From positions 60,778 to 124,777 of the forward strand of contig DGTM01000011.1 in assembly GCA_002394305.1 (NCBI GenBank): DNA of 64,000 bases, given 5' to 3'. The translations under genes were made by a program, and so were the position numbers. The DNA comes from Prevotellaceae bacterium UBA4336. Its GTDB lineage: Bacteria; Bacteroidota; Bacteroidia; Bacteroidales; Bacteroidaceae. Under the pieces are notes generated by a model that was given only the letters and a program-made list of their open reading frames with translations, had not been told where the DNA came from and did no database searches. Of this stretch, positions 50,985 to 60,945 are shown piece after piece; position 1 is the first letter of the stretch, and the number at the start of each line of letters is the position of its first letter.

Positions 50985-50992
50985 CAAAGTTA
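50985..50992 (-). promoter_or_regulatory. -7 box (TAACTTTG) upstream of the LytTR/kinase pair
   Basis: It matches TAnnTTTG. It implies a long leader of about 420 nt to the ATG at 50557. Confidence 0.35.
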
Positions 50993-51117
50993 GAAAATTT
51001 ATGCGAATTGGCAAAGGAAAAGCTGAATATTTGTTGTCACGCACACTTGTTTGGCATGTCAGTACGTGCGAAGTTGGCTATTTTTCCCCGTGGCACGCCG
51101 CTGATGCCGGAAAACAG

Positions 51118-51153
51118 GAATCCCCGCCGCCCTGTGAAGGACAGCGGGGATTC
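51118..51153 (-). terminator. Intrinsic terminator after the GH85 gene
   Basis: The minus strand reads gaatccccgc-tgtccttcacagggcg-gcggggattc, followed by ctgttttcc. Confidence 0.65.
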
Positions 51154-51184
51154 TTCGGGGGAAGTCGGCAAACTGCCGCTTCGC

Positions 51185-54100
51185 TTACTTGAGCATGACC
51201 TTCCGGGCCGTGCCGTCTGCCATGCGGATGATGTTGATGCCGCGCTGCAGGGCGGGCTGCTTCCTGCCGTCGGGCGTGTAGATGGCCGTGACGGTGGAGG
51301 CGGCAGAGGCGGCTTCGGGGCTCAGGATGCCGTCGGGGTTGAAGGGTTTGTAGCCCTTCTTGGCGATGCCCAGGATGGTGGGTATCTTGCCGGAGGCTGT
51401 GGAGGTGAAGGTGATGCCCTTCGCGGCCTTGTTCTTGTCGGCCGGGAGCGTGTACTCGAAGATGCGGAACTGTGTGCGTCCGTCGAACTGGTCGGCAGTG
51501 TAGCCGCTGCCGCCGCCGCGCTTGATGCGGTCGAGGCCGTAGATGGCTTCGCCCTGGTTTGCGCTGCCGCTCCACCAGTCGCCCACGGAGAACTGCTTGG
51601 CGGGCTCGCTGGTGCCGTCCTCGTAGTTCACTTCTGCCTTCAGCGTAGAGGCGCCTTCGGCCGAGATGACGATGAAGTAGAGCTCTTCGCAAGTGGCGGG
51701 AGAGGTGAACTCAAGCGTCTTGGGCGAGTTGGCAGTCTTCAGCACGAGCGAGTTCTTCTTGCTGGCATCGATGCTGTAGACGGTGCCGCTCTTCGTCGTC
51801 ACCTTGCCGTCGGCTATCGGCATGGCGCCGGTAGCCTTGACGCTGGGCGTGAACAGGCACCAGCCCTGGTTGTCGAGCGTGTTGTCGGTGTAGTCGGTGA
51901 CAGGCTTGTTCTCGGCAATCACATCGTCGGTCCAGTTGGCAATCTCCACGGGTGCATTCAGGGGGATGGCGCTTTCGTACTGCTCGTAAGCCTCAACCTC
52001 GGCCATCGAGGGATAGAAGTATGCGTTCAGGGTGGACACAATGGCCAGGTACTTGGTGTTCTTGTATTCGGGCAGGATGTACGAGAGGCTCGACACGCCG
52101 TCCAGCTCCGTGAAGGTCTTGATGGTCTGCATGGACGTGAGGTCGCCTCCGATGCATATCTCGACGGTGCCCGTCACGGTGCCCTCGTTGCCGTTGTCGT
52201 TCTCGCCAAAGTTGCCGTCAGGCAGGTAGATGTTCACCTTCGAGAGGTTCCACCCCTCGCTGGTCGGCGCCTCGAAGATGGCCCAGAGGTCGCGCTTGTG
52301 GGTGGAGAAGTCTTCTATCTCGAGGAGGCCCTCCGTCTCGCGGTCGCCGTCGGTGAGCGTCGTGATGTCGTACTCGTTGTAGGCAGCCTCGTAGGAATAG
52401 TCGGCCTTGAAGTGGCGCACCTTGGCTGTCCGCCCTGCCAGGATGTTGGGCTGCGTGTCGGAGTCGATGGTCACGGCCACGGTGCGTTCCTGGTAGGCGC
52501 CGCCGTTGTTGACCGTAATCGTCACGTTGTCCAGGCCATAGCTGTAGCCTGCGAAGACGGGCACGGTGAAGGTCTGCTCAGCAACGTTCTCAGTGATTTT
52601 GCCGATGGTGACCATGCCTGTCGTCGACTTGGCAGTGCAGGTGAAGAGCTGTTCGCGCTGGTCGCCGCCCAGGTCGTAGTGCACCGTGACGTTCCTGCCC
52701 GTGCCTGCCACCAGCGTCAGTTCCTTAGGCTCCACCTTCATCGTCAGGTTGTTGTCCTCCACACCGTAGGCCTCGAACTCCCAGATGCGCAGCGTGCCGT
52801 TCACATGCGGGCGGAGACGGATGTAGCGAGCCTTGACGGGAGCGATGTAGTCGCTCTTGACGGAAACCTTCTCGTTGCCGGGCGTCTGGTTGTCGACGAC
52901 GGTCTGCCACGTCGTGCCGTCCTGCGACAGCTCGATGGTGTACGTGTCGATTTGGTCCACGCCCGACTCGGGTCCGGCATTGCCGTCGTAGATGACGAAG
53001 CCGTACATGCGGTAGGCTCCCTCGCAGTCGAAGACGACTTCATTGTCGGGCGAAATGTTGCACCACTTCGAGCTGGTGGCCGAGGGGTTCGTCACGCCGT
53101 CGATAATCTTGCCGGGCACCTCGGTGGAGTTGGTGGAGCCGCTGAAGCTGACCACGGTCTTGCCCTTGAGCACGTTGTAGACGGAACTGATGGCCGAGGC
53201 ATCGGCATAGACGTCGAAGGCCTGAGCCGTGTACTCCGTCGTGCCCACGTCGTTGGTGGCAGCCACGGTGAGGCTCACCTTGCCTTCCTCCTTCGCCACG
53301 ACGGTGACGGACTGCTCCGTGAGGCTGCTGCCGGAAGAGAGCTCGACGTTCGCGGGGAGCGTCCACTGGTAGGCTGTGGGATGGCCTGTGCATTTGGCCG
53401 TGACGGTGACGCTTTCGCCAACCAGCACATAGCTCTTCGGCGAGATGGCGTACGTCACCTTCGGAGCCGTCGGGGCGGGATAGTCCACGCGGAGCTCGCT
53501 GGCCTGCTGGGCCTTGCCGTCCTTCATGATGGGCTCCACGAGCACCGTGACGTAGCTGTCGGAGCCGTTGCGCTCGAAGGAGGGAATGTAGAAGCCCTCG
53601 TCGCGCGTCTGTCCGATGAGTGTCTTCTCGCCGCCGGCGGTCTGGGTGTAGATGTCGAAGTGGTCGAAGTCGGGCGTCCAGGTGTACTTCCAAGAGACGC
53701 GGATGTCGCCCCTCTCCTCGCCGAGCACACTTGTCGTGGAGAGGTCGCTGACCTTGACGGGAGCCGGAGCATAGTCGGCAGGCAGCACGGCGATGCGGCC
53801 CAGGTTGAAGCTGAACTTGGAGACGCGGGCTGCAGCGTTGATGTTGATGCCGAGCATGTAGATGGTCTTGCCGTTCAGGGAAGAGAGGTCGAAGCTGGCT
53901 ACCGTCCAGCCGCCCACGGTCGTCGTGGTGCCCTCCAGGGTCACGTCGGGCTTCGTAGAGCTCTCTGTGGAGAGGTGTGCCTGGACGGTGATGGGGCTCT
54001 CGCTCTTGTAGACGACTTGATACGTGCCGCCTGCGGTGACGGGAATCTGTGTCTTGTAGAGGCGGACGAGGTGGTCGCCGGGCGACAGGTTGCCGGAGAT

Positions 54101-55441
54101 CTTGAAGCTCGAACCGACGTTGAAGGCATTGTCCCAGTCGATGCTGACGGAGATGCCGGTCTTCTTCTCAATCCACCAGCGCCAGGTGGGCAGCACGCTC
54201 TGCATGCCGGAGTGGTACCAGTCGGCCGTGCCGGCTATCTCTCCGCGGACGAAGCGGTGCTTGCCGTTGCCCACACCCATGTCGCTGGCGAAGGGCATGG
54301 AGGTGATGGCCGAGCGCTCCAGCACACGGCTCGATATGCCGGGCCATCCGCTCGAGGCGATGGTCGTGGGGTCGGAACTGAGGTTCACCCACATGTCCTC
54401 GTCGTTCTCGAACACCGTCTTGGCGATGGGGTAGGCCGTCGCGCCGTGACAGTCGCTGGCCGACTTGAAGGCTTTCTTCGCAGGGTCCTCCCATATCTTT
54501 GTCTCGGGGCAGAAGAGGTCGAGCGAGCAGGCGTGGCCTCCCGTCTTGGGCATGGCCGTGTTCAGGTCCGACGTCCATCCCGTGTGGCCTTTCTGCGCCA
54601 GCTCTACGCCGGCATAGACCTTCGAGAACGTCTCCGCCTCCGTGCAGCCAAGCTGCGAGGCGTAGCTGCGGTACTCCCTCACGGCACCGTACTCCACGAA
54701 CTGCGACGTGTTGATGTGCGTCTTGAGGATACCCGTGTTGGGAGTGCGCGAAGCGTTGTACCACTGCAGCTCCATCTGCGTGTCGGGGTCGTCGGCCATT
54801 GCTGCTGCGTAGAAGTCGCGGAAGAAAGCTTCCCATTCGCTCTGCGAGCCGCCGCCGGTCTCTTCGTTGATGAACCAGCCGTCGAAGCCGTAGTACTTTG
54901 CCATCTCGTAGAGCTTGACGGCCATCGGGTAGTGGCCGTTCTCCGTGACGAGCATCTCGCGTACCCATTCCTGCTTGCCACCGAAGGCAGCGGGCGGGAA
55001 GAAGATGTTGCCCAGCGACTTCACGCCGCTCTGGTGGGCAGCGTCCGTGGAGCCTGCGGGCGGGATGTTGATGATGCCCTCGGAGGCGGCACCTGCCCAG
55101 TAGACCAGCTTGTCCATGTACTGCCAGTAGGTAGGCTGGTAACCCAGGAAGTTGCCCAGCTCACCTTGCGAGGGGCAGAGGGAGCAAGTGGGGTAGAGGA
55201 TGGTGGAGTTGCAAATCTGTCCGTCGTAGAGCTGGGCCGAGTTGGCCTTCATCAGGGTCGGTTCCTTGAAGCGGGTCTGCAAGGGGACCTTTGCAACGTT
55301 GAAGGCATCGTTGGGGTTCGAACCGGGCGTCCAGTCCTTGATGTCCTTCGGGTGGCAGCACACATTCAGCGGCTGCTGACTGAATCCTGACAGCCCAATC
55401 AGAAGAAGGGCTGCGGATAAGGAGAGTTGTTTTAAGTTCAT
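51185..55441 (-). CDS. Endo-beta-N-acetylglucosaminidase (GH85) with discoidin/CBM32-like and Ig-like domains and a short T9SS-type tail
   Basis: 1,418 aa with a signal peptide. The GH85 core reads YWQYMDKLVYWAG, GFDGWFINEETGGG (N-x-E catalytic pattern). The F5/8-type C pattern reads WCNISPDNEVVFDCEGAYRMYGFVIYDGN...RYIRLRP. The tail is AIYTPDGRKQPALQRGINIIRMADGTARKVMLK. The 1,481-aa antisense ORF is rejected. Confidence 0.75.
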   Translation of the reverse strand: MNLKQLSLSAALLLIGLSGFSQQPLNVCCHPKDIKDWTPGSNPNDAFNVAKVPLQTRFKEPTLMKANSAQLYDGQICNSTILYPTCSLCPSQGELGNFLGYQPTYWQYMDKLVYWAGAASEGIINIPPAGSTDAAHQSGVKSLGNIFFPPAAFGGKQEWVREMLVTENGHYPMAVKLYEMAKYYGFDGWFINEETGGGSQSEWEAFFRDFYAAAMADDPDTQMELQWYNASRTPNTGILKTHINTSQFVEYGAVREYRSYASQLGCTEAETFSKVYAGVELAQKGHTGWTSDLNTAMPKTGGHACSLDLFCPETKIWEDPAKKAFKSASDCHGATAYPIAKTVFENDEDMWVNLSSDPTTIASSGWPGISSRVLERSAITSMPFASDMGVGNGKHRFVRGEIAGTADWYHSGMQSVLPTWRWWIEKKTGISVSIDWDNAFNVGSSFKISGNLSPGDHLVRLYKTQIPVTAGGTYQVVYKSESPITVQAHLSTESSTKPDVTLEGTTTTVGGWTVASFDLSSLNGKTIYMLGININAAARVSKFSFNLGRIAVLPADYAPAPVKVSDLSTTSVLGEERGDIRVSWKYTWTPDFDHFDIYTQTAGGEKTLIGQTRDEGFYIPSFERNGSDSYVTVLVEPIMKDGKAQQASELRVDYPAPTAPKVTYAISPKSYVLVGESVTVTAKCTGHPTAYQWTLPANVELSSGSSLTEQSVTVVAKEEGKVSLTVAATNDVGTTEYTAQAFDVYADASAISSVYNVLKGKTVVSFSGSTNSTEVPGKIIDGVTNPSATSSKWCNISPDNEVVFDCEGAYRMYGFVIYDGNAGPESGVDQIDTYTIELSQDGTTWQTVVDNQTPGNEKVSVKSDYIAPVKARYIRLRPHVNGTLRIWEFEAYGVEDNNLTMKVEPKELTLVAGTGRNVTVHYDLGGDQREQLFTCTAKSTTGMVTIGKITENVAEQTFTVPVFAGYSYGLDNVTITVNNGGAYQERTVAVTIDSDTQPNILAGRTAKVRHFKADYSYEAAYNEYDITTLTDGDRETEGLLEIEDFSTHKRDLWAIFEAPTSEGWNLSKVNIYLPDGNFGENDNGNEGTVTGTVEICIGGDLTSMQTIKTFTELDGVSSLSYILPEYKNTKYLAIVSTLNAYFYPSMAEVEAYEQYESAIPLNAPVEIANWTDDVIAENKPVTDYTDNTLDNQGWCLFTPSVKATGAMPIADGKVTTKSGTVYSIDASKKNSLVLKTANSPKTLEFTSPATCEELYFIVISAEGASTLKAEVNYEDGTSEPAKQFSVGDWWSGSANQGEAIYGLDRIKRGGGSGYTADQFDGRTQFRIFEYTLPADKNKAAKGITFTSTASGKIPTILGIAKKGYKPFNPDGILSPEAASAASTVTAIYTPDGRKQPALQRGINIIRMADGTARKVMLK

Positions 55442-55451
55442 GATGTTGTTT

Positions 55452-55645
55452 GTTGAAGTTTCGGAAGTTATAAAATGGAGTTAAATAGGAAGTGATGCGC
55501 TACGCGCAGGGAGTTAAGCCAGCACGCTGGCTGGACAGTAGCTTTGGGTGCTGAAGACCTATATGGTATTGTCCTTTTATAAATTCCATGAGCGTAGCGA
55601 ATTAACTTCCATTTTAACTTCTGCTTTAACTTCAGAAACTTGAGT
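55452..55645. repeat. ~195-bp imperfect inverted-repeat (MITE-like) element between the GH85 and SusD genes
   Basis: The left arm is aagtttcggaagttataaaatggagttaaataggaagtgatgcgctacgc. The reverse complement of the right arm is aagtttctgaagttaaagcagaagttaaaatggaagttaattcgctacgc. Confidence 0.6.
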
Positions 55646-55691
55646 TATTAATGGTTTAACGTTTCTTGCTGTTTCTTGCGGCGCGGGCTCG

Positions 55692-57587
55692 CTACCGGAA
55701 GTTGTTGTATGTTTTGCGGTTGCCGCTGTCGTCCATCGTGTCGTCGACGTCCCACCAGAGGCGTGTGCTCTGCATGTTCCTCTGCTGCAGCTCGGTGTTG
55801 GACGTGAAGTACTGGTTGGCGCTTTCGCTGTTGGGGTAGAGCAGGCGCTTAATGAGGTGACGGTCCAGGATGGGGTCGCCCGAGGTGTTGGGGGTGTAGC
55901 CTGTCTCGGCGTTGTACATGCCCTCCAGGGCGGGATAGTCTGTGCGGCGGAAGTCGGCCCAGCCTTCGTTGCCGTTGGGGAAGACGGCCATCCACTTGTG
56001 CGTGATGAGGGCTTCGAGGATGCGTTCCTTGTCGCCGCTCTGGAAGGTGCCGTCGGCGAAGCACTTCACGCCGCCGATGTAGGCTTGTGCCTCGGCTGCG
56101 CTGACCTGGTAGTGGTCCATCGAGGCCTGTATGCCGGCACGGACGTAGTCCTCCACGCTCATGGTGAGTGCCTCGCCGCTCCAGCCGCGCAGCACGGCTT
56201 CGGCCTTGAGGAAGAGGCTCTCGGCATAACCGAGCCATACGTGGGGACGGCTGTAGTTGAAGTAGTAGTCGGGGTTGAGTTCCTTCGATGCAGGCTTGGG
56301 CTGCGTCTTGGTGAGGCTGTACTTGAGCACCGACATGGAGAGGTCGTCGTCCGGAGCATTGCGGTGGCAGCCTGTGTAGTCCTCGCGCAACGACTCCTCG
56401 CCGGCTGCGAGGGTCTCGGACGTCATGTTGCCGCGATACCAGCACTTCAGGCAGCGCGGGTCGATGACCTTCGTCACGTTCGTGGCATTGCGCCCAGAGC
56501 CTTCCCTGACGGTATACTCTGCTCCGCCGGTGGAGAGGTTGCGATAGAACTGTTCCATGTCCCACGAGAGGACGAACTCGCCGTTGTAGGCCACGGAGCA
56601 CATTGCCATGCCGTTCTCGTCGCCGCCAGCGTCCTCGCCGCCGATGCTGGCTGGGGCGTACTTGGGCACGGTCTGCATGTTGTCGTCGTTCGATGCCATG
56701 AGGCCGTACTGGTTCGAGAGGGCAGCTTCGCCTTCCTTGCGTGCCCGTTCGGGGTCGACGTTCGAGATGCGTAGAGCCAAGCGCAGGCGCAGGGTGTTGG
56801 CGAAGCGCAGCCACTTCAGGTCGTCGCCGAAGTAGCAGATGTCGTCGTCGGTGATGTTGTACTGGCTCTTGTCTTCGGGGTTGATGCTGTCGACGGCTTG
56901 TTCCAGCATGCGGAACATGCAGTCGTAGATGTCTTGCTGCGAGTCGTAGGGGACGTTGTTTTCTTCGGGAATCTTTGCCTGCACGTATTGCTTGCAGGGC
57001 ATGTCGCCGTAGGTGTCGGTGTGTGCCAGCAGGACGAAGGCCATGTAGATGCGCACCTTGTAGAACATGTTCCTGTAGTGCTCGGGGTTGCTGTTGAACT
57101 TCAGGGCGCGGAGCATGTTGCGGTACTCGGTGCAGCGCTGGTTGTAGAAGTCCTCCCAGCGGTAGGCCGACCATCCGTCGGTGTAGCCGTAGCGGGGCGA
57201 GCCGTTCATGTGCTTGGGCTGGTTGTAGGCTCCGTAGCCGGAGTAGACGTCGTGCGTGAGGTTCGTGGCCCGCTGGTACTGTGAGTAGTAGCTTTGGTAG
57301 AGGAAGGAGCGGAGGTCGCTGGGGACGGCGCTGATGTAGTCCTTCCAGTAGGCCGAGTCTTCGGCTGTGACGTAGTAGTCGAGGTTGATGTCGGCGTACT
57401 TCGATTCGTCCTCCACGGGCGTGACTTCGCTGGTGGGTGCGCTGCCGCTGCCTTCGATGGCGTAGGGGTTGTGGCTCATTTCGGTGAGGTCGTAGCAGGA
57501 GGAGAGCAGGCCCCCTCCCAGCCATCCTCCGAGGAGGAGGGCTTTCTGGGCTGTGTGCTTTACCTTATTATATATATGGTGTTTCAT
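55692..57587 (-). CDS. SusD/RagB-family outer-membrane lipoprotein
   Basis: 631 aa. It has a lipoprotein signal ending LLSSCYD, TPR-like SusD features and a C-terminal RLWWDV motif. It lies immediately downstream of SusC. Confidence 0.85.
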   Translation of the reverse strand: MKHHIYNKVKHTAQKALLLGGWLGGGLLSSCYDLTEMSHNPYAIEGSGSAPTSEVTPVEDESKYADINLDYYVTAEDSAYWKDYISAVPSDLRSFLYQSYYSQYQRATNLTHDVYSGYGAYNQPKHMNGSPRYGYTDGWSAYRWEDFYNQRCTEYRNMLRALKFNSNPEHYRNMFYKVRIYMAFVLLAHTDTYGDMPCKQYVQAKIPEENNVPYDSQQDIYDCMFRMLEQAVDSINPEDKSQYNITDDDICYFGDDLKWLRFANTLRLRLALRISNVDPERARKEGEAALSNQYGLMASNDDNMQTVPKYAPASIGGEDAGGDENGMAMCSVAYNGEFVLSWDMEQFYRNLSTGGAEYTVREGSGRNATNVTKVIDPRCLKCWYRGNMTSETLAAGEESLREDYTGCHRNAPDDDLSMSVLKYSLTKTQPKPASKELNPDYYFNYSRPHVWLGYAESLFLKAEAVLRGWSGEALTMSVEDYVRAGIQASMDHYQVSAAEAQAYIGGVKCFADGTFQSGDKERILEALITHKWMAVFPNGNEGWADFRRTDYPALEGMYNAETGYTPNTSGDPILDRHLIKRLLYPNSESANQYFTSNTELQQRNMQSTRLWWDVDDTMDDSGNRKTYNNFR

Positions 57588-57616
57588 TGGGGTGTGAACT
57601 GTGAGTGATGAAGTGT

Positions 57617-60600
57617 TTAGAGTCCGATGTTAAGTGTGAGACCGTATGTGCGGGCGTACGGCACGGCCAGGAAGTCGAGTGCCTGCGAGAACATGCTGGT
57701 GTCGTAGCCGCCTTCGGGGTTGCCCGGTGCGTTCTTCATGAGGAAGCAGAGGTTGCGTGCCACGAAGGAGAGGCGCAGCGAGGTGAAGACTCCTCTGTCC
57801 CCCTTCAGGGGGAGAATCTTGCGGAGCGTCTTCTTGGGGAAGTCGTAGCCGATGGAGAGTTCCTTGAGCTTGATGTAGGAGGCGTCGTGGACGAACTCCT
57901 CGGCGTAGCCCTGCGAGTTGGAGAAGAGGCCGATGCGGTTGTAGTAGTTCTCGGCGGAGACCAGGATGTCGTTCGGGCTGCCGTCGGCCTTCACGCCCGG
58001 TACGGTCATGTAGTAGTTGTCGGTGCCGTTCACGGTCATGTATTCTCCGCGGTAGAGGGTGCGCTCGGATGTGCCGGCCTTCGTGGCGATGCCTTCCGAG
58101 ACGCTGACGATGTCGCCGCCGATCTTGGCGTCGAGCATGGCGGAGAGGATGATGCCGCGGTAGTTGAAGGAGGGCATGAGGGACATCGTGAGCTTGGGCT
58201 GTATGTTGCCGATGGGGTGGTCCAGGAGCCACTGTTCCTGGTTGCCGCCGCCTGTCTCGGTTTGTGGCAGTCCGCTGGCGTCGACGATGGTGCGTCCCTG
58301 TGCGTCGCGCTTGATGAGGCGGTAGGCGTAGATGTCGCCCAGCTTGCCGCCTGCGACGGCGCCGACCCTGACGGGCATGTGCGAGTCGCCTGCGAAGTAG
58401 ATGCGGCCGACGCCGTCGGCCAGTTCGTCGACGCGGCTGACGTTGTGTGCGAGGTTCAGGTTGAGGTCGAAGGTGAAGTCGCGGGTCTTGACGGGCGTGG
58501 TGTAGAGTGTGAACTCGATGCCTTTGTTGGAGATCTTGCCGGCGTTCACCCATTGCTGGCTCCAGGGCGAGGATGCGCTGACGAGCATCGCCTGGTTGCG
58601 GGTGGTGTTGTAGTAGAAGGTGAAGTCGAAGCCGAGGCGGTTCTGCAGGAACTTCATGTCGAGGCCGACCTCGAACGAGCTCTTGATTTCGGGCTTCAGG
58701 TTGTCGTTCATCTTGATGGTCTGCACGGTGGACTGTCGCACGCCGTTCGAGAAGCTGTACTGCAGGGTGTTGTAGAGGTTGTAGGGGTCGGGGTCCTTAC
58801 CCACCTGCGCCCATGAGAGGCGTAGCTTGGAGAAGGTCATCCAGTCGGGGAGCGGGCGGTCGATGGCGTTCATGAAGTCGGAGAAGATGTAGCTCAGCGA
58901 TGCCGAGGGATAGAAGAACGAGCGGTTGCTGGCGGGCAGCGTCGAGGACCAGTCGTTGCGCGCGGTGAGGTCGAGGCTGAGATATTCGCGGAAGGCGACC
59001 TGTGCCGATGCGAAGATGGAGTACATGGCGCGGTCGCTGCCGGTGTCGGTGGCGCTGTTCAGCTTCTCGGCGGTGTTGAAGAGCCAGAGGTCCTTCTGCA
59101 GCATGTTGCGTGCGGAGGCTCCGAGGAGTTCGTACTTCTGGTACATGATGTTGCCGCCCAGGGTGTAGCCCAGGCGCCAGTTGTCGCTGATGGTGTAGTC
59201 GCCGAGGAACATGGCGGAGATGTTGTGCTCGAAGTGGTTCGTCTCGCCGCGGTACATGCCGTCCTCCGTCACCTGCGACTGCCAGGTGTTCTCGCCGCTT
59301 GTCTCGGCGCTGATGGCTCCGCTGAGGTTGGTCTCCTGGATGCGTGTGCGGTAGTAGTCGAAGGCGTACTTGGCCTGGAACTTGAGCCAGGGCTTGATGT
59401 CGGCGCCCAGCGAGAAGTAGCCGAAGGCGCGGAGCCTCTCGTCGCTGTTCTGCATCTGGTGGCGGATGTAGTAGGGGTTGCTGTAGTTCATGTCGGGGCC
59501 GAACCAGTTCTGGTGCGGGCGCAGGTCGGTGCTGTACTGTGCCAGGTCGCAGAGGCGGACGTTGGCCGGGATGAGCAGCAGCTGCCCCACTTCGCCGCCC
59601 AGTCCGGTCTGCGGGCGGTTGTTGGCCTTTGTCCTGGAGAGGGATACCTTGCCGTCGACGTTCATCCACTTGTTCAGCTGGTGTCCGGCGTTGAGGTCGA
59701 TGGTCAGCTTGTCGAGCTTCTCGTCCTTGAACATGCCGCGGTTGTCGTTGTAGCCCAGCGAGAGGCGGAAGTGCGAGAGGTCGGTCTGCTTGCCCAGCGC
59801 CACAGAGTGGAACTGCGAGAAGCCCGTCTTGAAGTAGTCGGTCAGCTTGTTGCCATAGGCCTGGTAGGGTATGGTCAGTCCGTTCCAGGTGACGTAGTCG
59901 TGCCCGTCGAGGGGAGAGCCGAACGAGTCGCTGGCCTTGCTGACGGGGACGTTGTCCTTCCTTTGTGCTGTGCTTCCCTGGCCGTACTTGTCCTGCAGCT
60001 TGATGGTCTGCGCGGGCTGGCTCCATGTGAAGCTGCCCGAGTAGTTGATGCCGATGCCTTCCTTGCGGGCGCCCTTCTTCGTGGTGACGAGAATGACGCC
60101 GTTGCCGGCGCGGGCGCCGTAGAGGGCTGCCGCATTAGGGCCTTTCAGGACGGATATCGATTCGATGTCCTCGGGATTGAGGTCGAAGTTGGTGCCGCCG
60201 CGGTCGTAACCGCCGTAGGCTGTCACGTCGCTCGTCTGGTTGTCGGAGAAAGGAACGCCGTCCACCACCCAGAGCGGCTGGTTGTTGTCCGTGAGGGACG
60301 AGTTGCCGCGGATGGTTATCTTGGTGGAGCCGCCCAGGCCTGTCGATGCGGTGTTCATTTCCACACCGGCTATCTTGCCCGAGAGGGCCGACGTCACCGA
60401 GGGGTCGCCCGTCAGGTTGAGCTGTTCGCTCTTCAGGTCCTGCACGGCATAGCCGAGCATCTTCTTCTCGCGCTTGATGCCGAGGGCCGTCACTACGACT
60501 TCCTCCAGCTGCTCCGTGTCTTCCTCCAGGCGGACGTCGACAACCTCCTGTCCGGCGGCTGCCACCTCCTTCGTCCTGTAGCCCATGTAGGTGAACACCA

Positions 60601-60907
60601 GCACGGGTGCCGTTTCGCTGGTCGTGAGGCGGTAGTTACCGTCCAGGTCGGCGAGGCCACGGTCTGTGGTCCCTCGGACGACTACGGAGGCTCCGATGAG
60701 CGGTTCTCCCTGCTCGTCGAGAATCTTTCCGCGGATTTCCTTCTTCGGCTTCTGCGTGTTGTCTTTCGACGACTCTGTCTGCGACGCGGCCTGTCCCGTC
60801 GCCACCTGAGCCGAACCTTGCACGGCGGGGAGCAGCAGGAGCAGTGCCGTCATGCCAAAACGGACAAGCAGGCCGCCTGTTGTCCGTTGTGTCTGTTTTT
60901 CTTTCAT
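57617..60907 (-). CDS. SusC/RagA-family TonB-dependent outer-membrane transporter
   Basis: The ATG at 60907 gives MKEKQTQRTTGGLLVRFGMTALLLLLPAVQGSA. It has a carboxypeptidase-regulatory-like domain (IRGKILDEQGEPLIGASVVVRG), a plug region (VTALGIKREKK) and a C-terminal ...YGLTLNIGL. Confidence 0.9.
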   Translation of the reverse strand: MKEKQTQRTTGGLLVRFGMTALLLLLPAVQGSAQVATGQAASQTESSKDNTQKPKKEIRGKILDEQGEPLIGASVVVRGTTDRGLADLDGNYRLTTSETAPVLVFTYMGYRTKEVAAAGQEVVDVRLEEDTEQLEEVVVTALGIKREKKMLGYAVQDLKSEQLNLTGDPSVTSALSGKIAGVEMNTASTGLGGSTKITIRGNSSLTDNNQPLWVVDGVPFSDNQTSDVTAYGGYDRGGTNFDLNPEDIESISVLKGPNAAALYGARAGNGVILVTTKKGARKEGIGINYSGSFTWSQPAQTIKLQDKYGQGSTAQRKDNVPVSKASDSFGSPLDGHDYVTWNGLTIPYQAYGNKLTDYFKTGFSQFHSVALGKQTDLSHFRLSLGYNDNRGMFKDEKLDKLTIDLNAGHQLNKWMNVDGKVSLSRTKANNRPQTGLGGEVGQLLLIPANVRLCDLAQYSTDLRPHQNWFGPDMNYSNPYYIRHQMQNSDERLRAFGYFSLGADIKPWLKFQAKYAFDYYRTRIQETNLSGAISAETSGENTWQSQVTEDGMYRGETNHFEHNISAMFLGDYTISDNWRLGYTLGGNIMYQKYELLGASARNMLQKDLWLFNTAEKLNSATDTGSDRAMYSIFASAQVAFREYLSLDLTARNDWSSTLPASNRSFFYPSASLSYIFSDFMNAIDRPLPDWMTFSKLRLSWAQVGKDPDPYNLYNTLQYSFSNGVRQSTVQTIKMNDNLKPEIKSSFEVGLDMKFLQNRLGFDFTFYYNTTRNQAMLVSASSPWSQQWVNAGKISNKGIEFTLYTTPVKTRDFTFDLNLNLAHNVSRVDELADGVGRIYFAGDSHMPVRVGAVAGGKLGDIYAYRLIKRDAQGRTIVDASGLPQTETGGGNQEQWLLDHPIGNIQPKLTMSLMPSFNYRGIILSAMLDAKIGGDIVSVSEGIATKAGTSERTLYRGEYMTVNGTDNYYMTVPGVKADGSPNDILVSAENYYNRIGLFSNSQGYAEEFVHDASYIKLKELSIGYDFPKKTLRKILPLKGDRGVFTSLRLSFVARNLCFLMKNAPGNPEGGYDTSMFSQALDFLAVPYARTYGLTLNIGL

Positions 60908-60937
60908 ATAGCTAACATGATTATATGTAATTTCTTG

Positions 60938-60945
60938 CAAAGTTA
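60938..60945 (-). promoter_or_regulatory. -7 box (TAACTTTG) for the SusC/SusD/GH85 locus
   Basis: It lies 31 nt upstream of the ATG at 60907. Confidence 0.5.
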
